Part shown: one piece after another, positions 1-9,572 of the stretch
How positions within the stretch are numbered: the first letter of the stretch is position 1
Layout of the letters: each line of letters starts with the position of its first letter
Made by a program: the position numbers and the translations under genes
NCBI GenBank assembly: GCA_001918745.1
Contig: MNGN01000031.1
Location: forward strand, 33,651-97,650
DNA length: 64,000 nucleotides
Direction: 5' to 3'
Source: Crenarchaeota archaeon 13_1_40CM_3_52_17
GTDB taxonomy: Archaea > Thermoproteota > Bathyarchaeia > 40CM-2-53-6
The notes under the pieces: model-generated
What the model saw: the letters and a program-made list of their open reading frames with translations, nothing else
Databases searched by the model: none
What the model was told of the DNA's origin: nothing

Positions 1-155
1 TGGGCTTCATTAAGAGAATGACTCCCAAACCAACCAAGATCATAGTCAACCATGGCGAGAGAAGGAAGTCTGACTTGTTCGCTCAGAACGTCAACCGCAT
101 ATTCGGAATAAAAACAGTCGTCCCCGACGTTCTGGAATCCATTAGGCTTCGATAG
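1..155 (+). CDS. 3' end of beta-CASP ribonuclease aCPSF1/FttA (partial)
   Basis: Frame from nt 3 reads GFIKRMTPKPTKIIVNHGERRKSDLFAQNVNRIFGIKTVVPDVLESIRLR*; NHGE motif and terminal ExIRL are typical of aCPSF1. Not in the ORF track. Confidence 0.85.
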   Translation, partial: GFIKRMTPKPTKIIVNHGERRKSDLFAQNVNRIFGIKTVVPDVLESIRLR

Positions 156-165
156 GCCGCCAACT

Positions 166-492
166 TCAGCGAGTTCCCGGAACCGCTTCGGTCTGAATCG
201 GAGCCGCAGAGATCGCTCCTTCCGATGAGACGGCTTCTTTTCTCCACACTTTCACGCCCGCCGGCGTTATGACGATACGTTCTTCCCCCAGACGAGCGAT
301 GTCCCCACCTAGAGATTTCGTATAGTCTGTCAATTCGGTGATTGCAAGTTTTGTCTCCTCAACGCTCTTCCTCGCCAAAGGAGTGATTCTAACGATGAGA
401 ATATTGCCTGTCCGAACCTCCCCCTTTATCGTCTCCACATCGTCCAGTTCCTGTAGAGGAAGGGCCTTCACATAGATCGAAGAATGCTGCAT
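166..492 (-). CDS. sepF: Cell division protein SepF (archaeal DUF552 type)
   Basis: GNILIVRITPL and GGDIARLGEERIVITPAGVKVWR SepF signature. Confidence 0.85.
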   Translation of the reverse strand: MQHSSIYVKALPLQELDDVETIKGEVRTGNILIVRITPLARKSVEETKLAITELTDYTKSLGGDIARLGEERIVITPAGVKVWRKEAVSSEGAISAAPIQTEAVPGTR

Positions 493-585
493 GGGGAAAG
501 ATCAGACTATGCTCCGAGAGCTTAACATCGGGCGTCAACCCGGTTCGACTTTAAACATTTCCCTGACTTTTTTCGATCCAAATCC

Positions 586-1089
586 TCAATTGGAGCTTGG
601 CGGAGCCGGACCCTTTGGCTTTATCACTTCCCAGATCAGATCTCCAACGTAGTGGATGTTTTCAACAACTTTACCCTTCTTTACAGTTGCCAGTGGTCCT
701 GATCCCGCGAGTGCCCTTCCCACGGCAAGATACTTGCCATGCTTCTCATCCACTACGACCAAGAGCTGTTTTTCCGCAAACTCTCCATTGACCCTTCTGA
801 CCCCTGGAGCCATGATGTCCGCACCTCCAACCACGTGTGGAACGGCACCCATGTCAACGATTACCCGTGGTAGCCCGTCGAGGGCGGAGGTGTTAGTTAA
901 CACTGGAGCGAGCTCGCCTTTTCGCTTAAACGCAATGGCTACTCCATCAACAAATATGATTTCCGAATCTTTGACGGTCTCAATCTCCACTCTGGCTTTG
1001 TGGGTGAGATGTTGTTGGTTGGGAAGTCCACGTAGTTCTTCGATCAGTGGTTTTGAGTCTCGATCCTTGAGTATCGTTCTAATTGTCAA
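586..1089 (-). CDS. PUA-domain RNA-binding protein (DUF1947+PUA, MCT-1-like)
   Basis: VDMGAVPHVVGGADIMAPG and HYVGD motifs; likely TTG start at 1089 (track start 1116). Confidence 0.85.
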   Translation of the reverse strand: MTIRTILKDRDSKPLIEELRGLPNQQHLTHKARVEIETVKDSEIIFVDGVAIAFKRKGELAPVLTNTSALDGLPRVIVDMGAVPHVVGGADIMAPGVRRVNGEFAEKQLLVVVDEKHGKYLAVGRALAGSGPLATVKKGKVVENIHYVGDLIWEVIKPKGPAPPSSN

Positions 1090-1169
1090 GACTCTCCAGA
1101 ATTCGGAATGAGACAATCTTTAAAAGAGTACCTTCGGCGGACAACCGCATCTCTCCGGTTGAACAGTGA

Positions 1170-1400
1170 ATGTCTGAAGTTGCGGCGAAGATCTTCGAAG
1201 AGAGCCTGAACAAAGTCGTACTCGTCCAACTTAAGGGCGGACGAACTGTAAGGGGAAGACTGTACAGCTTCGACCAGCATATGAACCTGGTGCTAGAGGA
1301 GGCCGAGGACGTTACTAATGCCGAGTCGACCAAGAAACTTGGCACAATAATCGTCCGGGGCGACAACGTGGTCCTCGTGTCCCCGCCACCTAAGCGCTGA
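1170..1400 (+). CDS. Sm-like archaeal protein (SmAP/Lsm)
   Basis: Sm1 GRLYSFDQHMNLVL and Sm2 IIVRGDNV motifs. Confidence 0.95.
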   Translation: MSEVAAKIFEESLNKVVLVQLKGGRTVRGRLYSFDQHMNLVLEEAEDVTNAESTKKLGTIIVRGDNVVLVSPPPKR

Positions 1401-1698
1401 GAGACCTCTGATCATCGTTCCAACTCGAACGACTTTAATTTCAAAACGAACCCAGTCTGGCCTGTGAGTTAAGCTCTGCCCAGAGATAGAAGTCAAATCT
1501 TAATGGATGGCTTGACTATCTGCCAATCATACAGATAAAACGCAGAGGGATTCGCATTAGATAATTCCATTGTCAACTTCAAGCGCTACACACTGTCTAC
1601 ACGTGAAGTGGCGGGCAATCAGACGAATTCGAAGCGGCCAACTTACAAAGGTTAAATAGAATCCGGCCGGCAGGCGGCGTTTTACAACGTGAAAGGTC

Positions 1699-4359
1699 TT
1701 GACTCGGGGGGTCTTATGCCTACTACTCATAATTCTATCTCTAGTCCCAGTCATTCCCCAAACATTCCCATCAACGCATGAACTCCCCACTCATCAGGGA
1801 CAAAACCCCCAGCTTGCCGCGGCCCAGGATCCAAGCGGTAGTCTCATGGCTTTCAACGCAAGTCGAGTACAGTTCGACGTGTATACCCAAGCGACAGCCT
1901 CGTTAATCGGCGGGACCCCGACATGGTTTGGGGGAAACTTCACCAATTCACAGTTAGGGACGCCTGTACCTGGAACGGGATTTAACGTCACGATCCCAAG
2001 CAGTACTCTTGCCAATCAGAATGTTACATGGACAAAGGTGAACATACCGCACGGAAACGTTTCATCTACAACATACCTTAGGTTCGACTGGAGGGGCACG
2101 ATTGGCAATGGAACAAAGGCCAGCTACTTCGTCTATAATGAAACCAGCAAACCCCCCGTCTTCAGCTCTACGAAAGTCAACCAAACAACCATTACTGGGG
2201 GTCCTCCATTGTTCACCACGGGAAGCCCCCCCGTCGGATGCACCCCAACCGATGAGTGCTTTGACGTTTCAAAGTACATTGGTTTCAACCTAACTTTGAC
2301 CTTCCATTTCAACTCGACGTCAACTGGTAAGGGACTGAGTGTCAGGGTAAGCAACATTGCTGTTGTCGCTGCCGACGCTACCCCAATTAATTCAATTTCC
2401 CATTCTATGAAACTGGATCCAACCGACCCCACTCACGCCCGAGTCCTGCATAGTGCCAATCAAACGCTGAGATACTTTGCTAACGTCACCTATCACAAAC
2501 CTAACACAGCAAACGGTAACTTGTCGCACAATTGGACACAGATGGTCATAGCCTATTACTATCCGAACTCTTACACTGGCGTTAGTATTAGCCAGAACGG
2601 GACGTCCATATTCCCCCTTACCGCGCCTGCCGCTCCCATATTCCAGGGCAATTGCCCAGGGTCCTTCTTCTGCACTGACACTCATTTTGTCGCGTTGAAC
2701 ATGACTAGCGGAATAGCCCGAGCAGGTATCAACATAGCCGCCAACTCCGTAAATGCCGAGGCTGGGGTCCAGACTACGTTGGGCGGCGTCACTACCAGTT
2801 ACTGGGGTCCCGGTGATCTCCTCCAAGTCAAGGTCAATCTTCGTCAAGGCGTCAATGTCACAGGATTCAACATAGTATCGGCTAACAAGACCGGGGTTGT
2901 TAGGCTTACTCAGCAATTTACTAATGTCAAGAAGGGGATCTCGCTAGAAAACTTCACGAGTCCTCTTCCGCAGGACACCTCTTTGCTGGGACAGTGGACC
3001 ATCAATAGTACTTTCATCAACGGGTACGATTACGGGTATAACTCCACGTCATTCACTCTTGAACAGCTCGGAGTCACCGGATTCACGTACTCTGGAAGCA
3101 ATCAACGCTTGACTGCAGGAGGCACCCTAACTTACGCGTCCAACACCTCACCGGCCCCCGATGTCAAGGGATACGTCTTTGCTGTTGACAGCGGTTCCGG
3201 GGCTGCACCGTTATCTACTCCCACGGTGACGAGTGGTACCGGAATCTACATTTCCAATATTACACTGCTGAACGGAGTGTTCACCTCAGGAGGACAACTG
3301 ATAATGGTGTTCACCCTCGTCAATCCAACAAAAATCGCTATGAAAGCCAACAACCTGACGATTGATCATGAATGGGTAAGCGGCGTATCTCACGGTTCAA
3401 ACGCGACCATTGCGGTGCCATCTGGTGCCGACACATTCACGCTTCAACCCGACTACATCTACAGGCTGAATGCAACATTCACTCCGGGCGGTATTCAGAT
3501 AATTGTTACTGGTACAGGCAACAGCGTTTCGGCACTGCTCCCACCTGGCAATCCACCGGTGACAAGCCTCCGACAACACGCCGGCCTGTTCAGAATAACC
3601 GTCAACAGCAGCCCTGTGTCGGGATCATCCCCTTGCGTTCCGGAGTGCAAGAACAGCCTGGAATCTCTTGCCTATGCCTATGTCCTAGTCAATCCTCCAG
3701 TCCCTGGCAGGCTATTAGCCTCCGGAAATTTCACATCGACGGCGTCAGGAGCTTTTTCGACAACCATCAGTTCGGGGAAGATACTCGGCGCGGGTAAGTT
3801 GACCTTCTTATCCTTGGGAAGGGACCCAAATGGCCTCGCGATCACTGTCCAAGACAAATCGACTCAAGAATCGACAATCCTTATCTCAAAGATCGACAAT
3901 ATTCCAACGGCAACACAGAACCAACCTCTGACCCTAGTCCTCCACTTGACAAGTAACTCAACCAGCATCGACATGAGTATTACGATCAGCCTGAACGTTG
4001 AAGGGAACGGTGTAGTCCAAAGTCAATCCGGAATCCTCGTCCCTCACGGCATATCCAAGGATGTGCCCTTTAACTTCAATGCCCCCGCAAAAGTAGGAGT
4101 ATATTCTCTAACATTCTTCTCTCCAGACTACGGCTCTCCACTAATCACGGGCACCCTGCAGGTGTCTGTATTACAAAGCAGCCTCCAAGTGATCATTCCA
4201 GCAATCATTGGATTGGCAGCCGCTATCGTCATTCTCCTATTCTTCCAGTTCCGGAAAAAACCAGAGACAATGCCCGAATCTCCCGCGAAAGAAAAGTCAG
4301 CGGCTGGAAAACCCACAAGACCAAACGCCGGAACCTCGACCTCGAAATCCTTAACTTAA
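1699..4359 (+). CDS. Large secreted, membrane-anchored surface (S-layer-like) glycoprotein, function unknown
   Basis: N-terminal signal peptide, T/S/N/G-rich beta-type sequence with many NxS/T sequons, C-terminal TM helix followed by RKK. Confidence 0.7.
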   Translation: MTRGVLCLLLIILSLVPVIPQTFPSTHELPTHQGQNPQLAAAQDPSGSLMAFNASRVQFDVYTQATASLIGGTPTWFGGNFTNSQLGTPVPGTGFNVTIPSSTLANQNVTWTKVNIPHGNVSSTTYLRFDWRGTIGNGTKASYFVYNETSKPPVFSSTKVNQTTITGGPPLFTTGSPPVGCTPTDECFDVSKYIGFNLTLTFHFNSTSTGKGLSVRVSNIAVVAADATPINSISHSMKLDPTDPTHARVLHSANQTLRYFANVTYHKPNTANGNLSHNWTQMVIAYYYPNSYTGVSISQNGTSIFPLTAPAAPIFQGNCPGSFFCTDTHFVALNMTSGIARAGINIAANSVNAEAGVQTTLGGVTTSYWGPGDLLQVKVNLRQGVNVTGFNIVSANKTGVVRLTQQFTNVKKGISLENFTSPLPQDTSLLGQWTINSTFINGYDYGYNSTSFTLEQLGVTGFTYSGSNQRLTAGGTLTYASNTSPAPDVKGYVFAVDSGSGAAPLSTPTVTSGTGIYISNITLLNGVFTSGGQLIMVFTLVNPTKIAMKANNLTIDHEWVSGVSHGSNATIAVPSGADTFTLQPDYIYRLNATFTPGGIQIIVTGTGNSVSALLPPGNPPVTSLRQHAGLFRITVNSSPVSGSSPCVPECKNSLESLAYAYVLVNPPVPGRLLASGNFTSTASGAFSTTISSGKILGAGKLTFLSLGRDPNGLAITVQDKSTQESTILISKIDNIPTATQNQPLTLVLHLTSNSTSIDMSITISLNVEGNGVVQSQSGILVPHGISKDVPFNFNAPAKVGVYSLTFFSPDYGSPLITGTLQVSVLQSSLQVIIPAIIGLAAAIVILLFFQFRKKPETMPESPAKEKSAAGKPTRPNAGTSTSKSLT

Positions 4360-4395
4360 ACCCAGTACGTTTTCTGGACTTCTTGGTTTAGAACT

Positions 4396-4617
4396 ATGGA
4401 GTCCGGTCCCGAAGAACCACTTGGAGAATCAATCCCACCGGAAGCTCCGCCACGAGAACGAAACCCCGGCGGGCTAATCTACGAATGCATCAACTGCGGA
4501 TCCAAGCTAACAGCTGACCAGCTCGCCATGACCCCAGAGATCAAATGCCCATTCTGCGGATATAGGATACTTCGAAAGGTAAGACCTCCAATCGTAAAGC
4601 ACGTGAAGGCCCGATAG
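4396..4617 (+). CDS. rpoP: RNA polymerase subunit Rpo12 (RpoP)
   Basis: YECINCG...IKCPFCGYRILRKVRPPIVKHVKAR. Confidence 0.95.
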   Translation: MESGPEEPLGESIPPEAPPRERNPGGLIYECINCGSKLTADQLAMTPEIKCPFCGYRILRKVRPPIVKHVKAR

Positions 4618-4694
4618 CAAGGCCAGCTGATACCGTTCAGAACGCAGATAAGACGAAAATACTCTCCTCTGATCGAGCCCTGAGCCGAGAACCC

Positions 4695-6443
4695 TTGCAG
4701 CAACAGATCAAAGACAAACACAAGCTATTATCCGAGACCGCCCGGCGAAGAGGATTCTTCTGGGGCTCATTCGAAATCTACGGAGGCCTCAGCGGATTCC
4801 TGGACTTAGGACCGCTAGGCGTCGGCCTGAAGCGACAGATCGAGAATTTATGGCGACAATTCTTCATCCAACGACACGGTTTTGTGGAGGTCTCAACCCC
4901 AATAATCACTCCTCACAAGGTGCTAGAAGCCTCAGGACACGTTGAGAACTTCAAAGACCCTATGACGGAATGCAGTAACTGCCACAGACGATTCCGAGCA
5001 GACCAATTGGTCAAAGAAGCTACCGGCCTCGAAACCGAAGGACTGAGTCTGGAGCAACTCGGCTCGCTCTTGAAAGAAAGACATGTGAAGTGCCCCGAGT
5101 GCGGCGGAGAGCTCGGGCCCCCCCGATACTTCATGACCATGTTCAAGACTAGCATAGGTCCATACGGCGAAGACCCGGCTTACGGCCGCCCGGAAGCTGC
5201 GCAGGGAATTTTCGTCAACTTCCGCCGAATCCTCGAGACAATGAGGGAAAGGTTTCCGATCGGAATAGCACAAGTAGGAACTGTCCTTCGCAACGAAATA
5301 TCACCCAGGCAGGGTCCGATACGATTGCGAGAGTTCACGATAATGGATTTCGAACTCTTCTTCGACCCGGCAGAGTCCGACTGCCCGTACATGGACGAGG
5401 TCGTAACTGAGGAGTTATCGATTGTTACTGAGGAGTCCAGAAACAAAGGTACAGAAAACGCAACCAAGGTCCAGGTGGGCGAAGCTGTTGAGAAGCAAGT
5501 GATCAAGGCACAATGGGCGGCTTACTTTATGGCCCTCTCGAAACAATTCCTGACCCAGCTCGGGGTCGACGCACAGCATCAGAGATTTTTCGAAAAACTC
5601 CCGACGGAAAGGGCTCACTATTCCGCCCAGACATTCGATCATGAAATTGAATTGGACCGCTGGGGTTGGACCGAGGTGGCAGGCTTCGCTTACAGAACAG
5701 ACTATGATCTTCGAAAACACATGGAGGCGACAGGGGAAGACCTGCGGGTCTTCAAGCCCTACTCGACACCTCGGGTACGCAAAACAAAATCAATAAAGCC
5801 AAACCACCAAAACCTCAGAAGAATATTCCGAGAACAAACCGGAAGAGTTGCCGACCTAATATCCAAAGACGACCCAGAAAGACTTCTCACCGCCAAGAAG
5901 GCCGGACAGCCGGTGAAAATCGGGTCATACACCGTTCCCCCGGACTGTTTCGACGTAGTTGAAGAAGAAGTCAAGGAAACTGGCACTCGGTTCCTACCTC
6001 ACGTAATTGAGCCAAGTTTCGGAGTGGAACGCCTTCTCTACACGACCCTCGAATACAACCTGACGATGAAGGAGGATAGGCTCATTCTCGGTCTCCCATT
6101 CAACCTTGCTCCCATCCAAGCCTCAGTCTTCCCGTTGGTAAACAAAGATGGGCTGCAGAAACGGGCTACGGAAGTCTATGAGACTCTCATAACTGAAGGA
6201 TTGAGGGTCGAGTATGATGAGGCAGGGTCCATCGGACGGAGATACGCTAGAGCCGACGAGGCAGGGGTCCCTCTGGGAATAACCATAGACTACGAAACAC
6301 TCAAGGATGACACTGTCACCGTCCGAGACCGCGATAGCTGGAGCCAAATGAGAACCCCGGTTGGAACGCTTGCATCGACAATCCACAGAATAGTGAAAGA
6401 AGGCTTCAAGGCTCCAACGTCACCTACACTAGAACACTGCTAG
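4695..6443 (+). CDS. glyS: Glycine--tRNA ligase (alpha2 type)
   Basis: RRGFF..SFEIYGG, RPEAAQGIF, RNEISPRQG, VIEPSFG, IGRRYARADE. Confidence 0.97.
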   Translation: MQQQIKDKHKLLSETARRRGFFWGSFEIYGGLSGFLDLGPLGVGLKRQIENLWRQFFIQRHGFVEVSTPIITPHKVLEASGHVENFKDPMTECSNCHRRFRADQLVKEATGLETEGLSLEQLGSLLKERHVKCPECGGELGPPRYFMTMFKTSIGPYGEDPAYGRPEAAQGIFVNFRRILETMRERFPIGIAQVGTVLRNEISPRQGPIRLREFTIMDFELFFDPAESDCPYMDEVVTEELSIVTEESRNKGTENATKVQVGEAVEKQVIKAQWAAYFMALSKQFLTQLGVDAQHQRFFEKLPTERAHYSAQTFDHEIELDRWGWTEVAGFAYRTDYDLRKHMEATGEDLRVFKPYSTPRVRKTKSIKPNHQNLRRIFREQTGRVADLISKDDPERLLTAKKAGQPVKIGSYTVPPDCFDVVEEEVKETGTRFLPHVIEPSFGVERLLYTTLEYNLTMKEDRLILGLPFNLAPIQASVFPLVNKDGLQKRATEVYETLITEGLRVEYDEAGSIGRRYARADEAGVPLGITIDYETLKDDTVTVRDRDSWSQMRTPVGTLASTIHRIVKEGFKAPTSPTLEHC

Positions 6444-6485
6444 TTTTTATGGCAAGGATAGCATCAGGTTGCGAGACAGTGTTCT

Positions 6486-7148
6486 TTGATGACCTTTCCA
6501 GTCGAAACCGAAGCAAACATACGACGTAGGATACTCGACATCTGTAGAGAACAAACTAGAAACGTCGTCGACATCACCCGTGAACTAGCACTCATGACTG
6601 ACACCGTTTCGGAAGGAAAAGCCAAGGAAGCAAAAGAACACTACCAAAACATGCTGAAGATTCTCGGAGACTTCGAAGGGACCAAAAAGAAGCTCCTGGA
6701 AGAAGTCGCGTCCTTCGGTACGCTCCTTAGCAACCGAGAGGACTTCATCAGACTAATTTTCAAGATAGGCGAAGTAGCCGACTATGCTCAAGGCATTGGT
6801 TTTCGGCTTTCTGCGGTGATTGACCGGAACTGGAAGGTCGACAAGAAATACACAAAGCGACTGGCGGAACTGAACACCCTAGTTCTTGAAGAAATGTCCA
6901 AGATACGAGAGACAGTAATGTCACTGGGCTTCAACCCAGCAAAGGCTATGGAACTCTCGAGAGGAGTCGAAGAGACAGAGAAGAAAGTAGACACCGCCTA
7001 TCGATCTCTCGACCTCGAGGTTCTAGACGACAAGATTCCTCTTCGAACGCTGCTACTCGTACGAGACCTTAGTGCTCACATGGAGAACATGGCCGACCTA
7101 GGGGTGGATGTTGTAGACCTGATCAGAGTAATCGCTCTAACCGCCTAG
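6486..7148 (+). CDS. DUF47/PhoU-like phosphate transport regulator
   Basis: All-helical protein with REDFIRL and E..AD repeat pattern of DUF47. Confidence 0.8.
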   Translation: MMTFPVETEANIRRRILDICREQTRNVVDITRELALMTDTVSEGKAKEAKEHYQNMLKILGDFEGTKKKLLEEVASFGTLLSNREDFIRLIFKIGEVADYAQGIGFRLSAVIDRNWKVDKKYTKRLAELNTLVLEEMSKIRETVMSLGFNPAKAMELSRGVEETEKKVDTAYRSLDLEVLDDKIPLRTLLLVRDLSAHMENMADLGVDVVDLIRVIALTA

Positions 7149-7155
7149 AGGACTC

Positions 7156-7725
7156 ATGAAACCCGCAACGCTTCAAGGCGAAGCCGAACTTATTGGAACC
7201 CGACTAATAGTATGGGACGCCAAAAAGGGGCTCGACATTTACCGCTCCGGTTTCTTTGGAAAACCAGTCGGCATACCAAAACCCAAGCCAGACCAAGACT
7301 TCGACGTACCCCTCCTACTAGACCTAATGGAGGGATTATACCTTCTAGAGCATCAAAGGATATCCGTGATCGATGGAAGAACCAAAGAACCGGTTCGTAA
7401 GTCCGTCCTGCTGAGAGAAGCGAGAGAGACCTACCGTGGATTCAGCCAAGCATACCAAGTCTACAAAGATCTGAGGAACAAGGGCTACATCGTCACGCCC
7501 GGGATAAAATTCGGAGCCGACTTTGCAGTGTATGAGCACGGACCCGGGATAGATCATGCCCCCTTCATCGTCTCCGTCGAAGATCCCGAGTCCATCATGG
7601 GACCCTTCGAGGTGGTCCGGGCGGGAAGGCTAGCAACAACCGTTAGGAAGCAATTCATCATAGCAATACCAAACACCAAGCAGGACGAGATCAGATACCT
7701 CGTCTTCAGCTGGTTCAAAGCCTAA
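7156..7725 (+). CDS. endA: tRNA-intron endonuclease, catalytic subunit
   Basis: VYKDLRNKGY..PGIKFGADFAVY..GPGIDHAPF...RLATTVRK with the Y/H/K triad. Confidence 0.95.
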   Translation: MKPATLQGEAELIGTRLIVWDAKKGLDIYRSGFFGKPVGIPKPKPDQDFDVPLLLDLMEGLYLLEHQRISVIDGRTKEPVRKSVLLREARETYRGFSQAYQVYKDLRNKGYIVTPGIKFGADFAVYEHGPGIDHAPFIVSVEDPESIMGPFEVVRAGRLATTVRKQFIIAIPNTKQDEIRYLVFSWFKA

Positions 7726-8114
7726 CACGTGACATCAGACCGACTCGCAGCTGTCCCTTGAGCATTCCTGAGAAAGGAAAGAGCGAAATCACGCGCGTGT
7801 CTCTCAGTCCCTCTGTGTTTCCCCCCAACATGTCTCAAGTGATGGTAAAATTCATGGATCAGGACATACGGATCAAACAAGTATTCTTCGCTCGAAATGT
7901 AGATAGTCCGTTCTCTATGCACGTAGCACCCGAGGGCCTTTTTCTCCCCTCTGGGGAGACCAATCCGTAGAGCAGGCCTTTCTACCCGGTAATGAGAGCA
8001 AAGGGCATCAAGCGCCTCCTCAGGCTTCCTTTCCATTGCAATAAGACGTACAATGGTTCTTTGGAACTCGGCTTCTTGAAACCCATCCTTTGGCCCCGAC
8101 TTCGACTGGCTCAT
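7722..8114 (-). CDS. Small zincin-like (HExxH) hypothetical protein
   Basis: LGCY...TIYI...VLIHEFYHHLRH...TERHARDFA; G-rich SD-like sequence upstream. Confidence 0.65.
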   Translation of the reverse strand: MSQSKSGPKDGFQEAEFQRTIVRLIAMERKPEEALDALCSHYRVERPALRIGLPRGEKKALGCYVHRERTIYISSEEYLFDPYVLIHEFYHHLRHVGGKHRGTERHARDFALSFLRNAQGTAASRSDVTC

Positions 8115-8230
8115 CCCCCATCAGCTACCGCTATGACCATCGAAACTCCGCGTTTTAGTTCCAAGATCGCTGGCACATCTGAATGCGACCCTTTAAGGTT
8201 CTTCAAGAGCGACCTTTCCAGGGATTCTCG

Positions 8231-8733
8231 GTGTGGAAGAGAATCCAGTCTTTCTTTGAGACTCATCCTGAATGGTTGCAAGTCGCTGAGTTCCTGGTGA
8301 AGAATGGATTCTCCATCAGGAGCAACAGGATTCTTGTCAACGAGGTTGAGATCCCAACGGTCAAAGTCGTTCGAGCGGTCGGAGTTGACCGCAGGACCGT
8401 AAGTGAAACGACTCGAACAACTGACTTGGACAAGAAAGTCAAAACAATTTTTCGAGTCTGGAATATACTGGACCATCGCTCCGGACAGCAACCAAGCAGT
8501 TGGGACTTGGATTTGTCGAGACAGCAGCCGACAACCCAAGCAAGATCGGTATTCTCTCGAACGTATCCAGGGTCCTGGGAGAGCATGGATTAAGGATTAG
8601 ACAATCGTTGGTCGACGATCCTGAACTGAATCCCGACCCCAAGCCTACTCTGATAGGAGATAGGGTCATCCCAGGAAAGGCCATCCCAACGATTCTGAGG
8701 ATTCCTGGGGTTGCTAAGGTGTCGGTTTACTAG
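8231..8733 (+). pseudogene. Frameshifted ACT-domain regulator of amino acid metabolism (COG2150-like)
   Basis: GTG start VWKRIQSFF...GVDRRTV; one added T in the T-run at 8448-8452 restores FSSLEYTGPSLRTATKQLGLG...DPELNPDP...IPGVAKVSVY. Confidence 0.8.
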
Positions 8734-8750
8734 TTACCGATACGTCCGCC

Positions 8751-8797
8751 GTTACTAAAGGTAACATTTATAGCGCGTTTCTGTTACCTGGAGTAAC
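8751..8797 (+). promoter_or_regulatory. TATA box (8767-8772) flanked by two GTTAC-N5-GTAAC palindromes (8751-8765, 8783-8797)
   Basis: GTTACTAAAGGTAAC-A-TTTATA...GTTACCTGGAGTAAC upstream of the regulator-hsp20 operon. Confidence 0.75.
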
Positions 8798-8813
8798 GAA
8801 TAAGGGTCCACGA

Positions 8814-9572
8814 ATGAGACTACAACTAGCGCAGACAACAGAAACACAACGCGTCTCGCCACAAGACATCCTGGACTACAAAACCTTCGCTCGCAAGCAC
8901 CAAACTCCTGTGGGAAAGAGTGAACTCAAGCAATTCGAACGATTTCACGCGGCAACGCGCCTCATTTCCCAAGAAATGGACACATACCTAGACGCAAGAC
9001 TGACCCCCAACGACCATTCCAGAACAATAACTGTAGACGTATGTGGGGTCAAGAACAAAACCTTGACGGCAGTGTTTTGTCAGACCACCGGAATAGACGA
9101 GGCCTTCGCAAAATCCATCGAAACAATCAACAAATCACAGAATACCAACGCGATTATTCTTCTGCCAAGAGAATTGGATCAGCTTACCTTAGGGGAACCG
9201 GTGCGCCTTGCCCTTGAGACAGGCAAGGCTACTATGGAAGTGCTCGGCTGGTTTGGCGATACATTCCAGGAAACATTTCGAGAAACCTTTGCTCTGATAG
9301 AGCTCTTGGGAAATGAGACAAGAATGAGAATGCTAGCGCCGCTACTCGAAAGGTCAGGCGCGAAAAGAGACTATCGGACCAGGATAAATCCAAAGCTTGT
9401 CTACCACAACATATCGGCTCTTTCCGATGCTGGTCTCCTCGACGAGAACATTCAAGGAGCGTACGAGTTAAGCCAGTTCGGAAAGACGGTTCTCGCAGAA
9501 TTCATCACATTTCTGGAGAAGACTCGGAAGACCCTTGATGAATCAAGAACTAGGGAGGTGAAAAATGATTGA
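8814..9572 (+). CDS. Transcriptional regulator with C-terminal ArsR-like winged HTH; putative heat-shock repressor
   Basis: LLGNETRMRML...NPKLVYHNISALSDAGLL...YELSQFG; stop overlaps the hsp20 start. Confidence 0.7.
   Translation: MRLQLAQTTETQRVSPQDILDYKTFARKHQTPVGKSELKQFERFHAATRLISQEMDTYLDARLTPNDHSRTITVDVCGVKNKTLTAVFCQTTGIDEAFAKSIETINKSQNTNAIILLPRELDQLTLGEPVRLALETGKATMEVLGWFGDTFQETFRETFALIELLGNETRMRMLAPLLERSGAKRDYRTRINPKLVYHNISALSDAGLLDENIQGAYELSQFGKTVLAEFITFLEKTRKTLDESRTREVKND

Noticed and set aside
1557..1790. 77-aa minus-strand ORF with CRQC
   Set aside because: Overlaps the start of the surface protein gene, and a single CxxC is expected by chance
8440..8456. Programmed -1 frameshift in the ACT regulator
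   Set aside because: No in-frame X XXY YYZ slippery heptamer
8111..8539. 142-aa minus-strand ORF
   Set aside because: Antisense shadow of the ACT-regulator pseudogene
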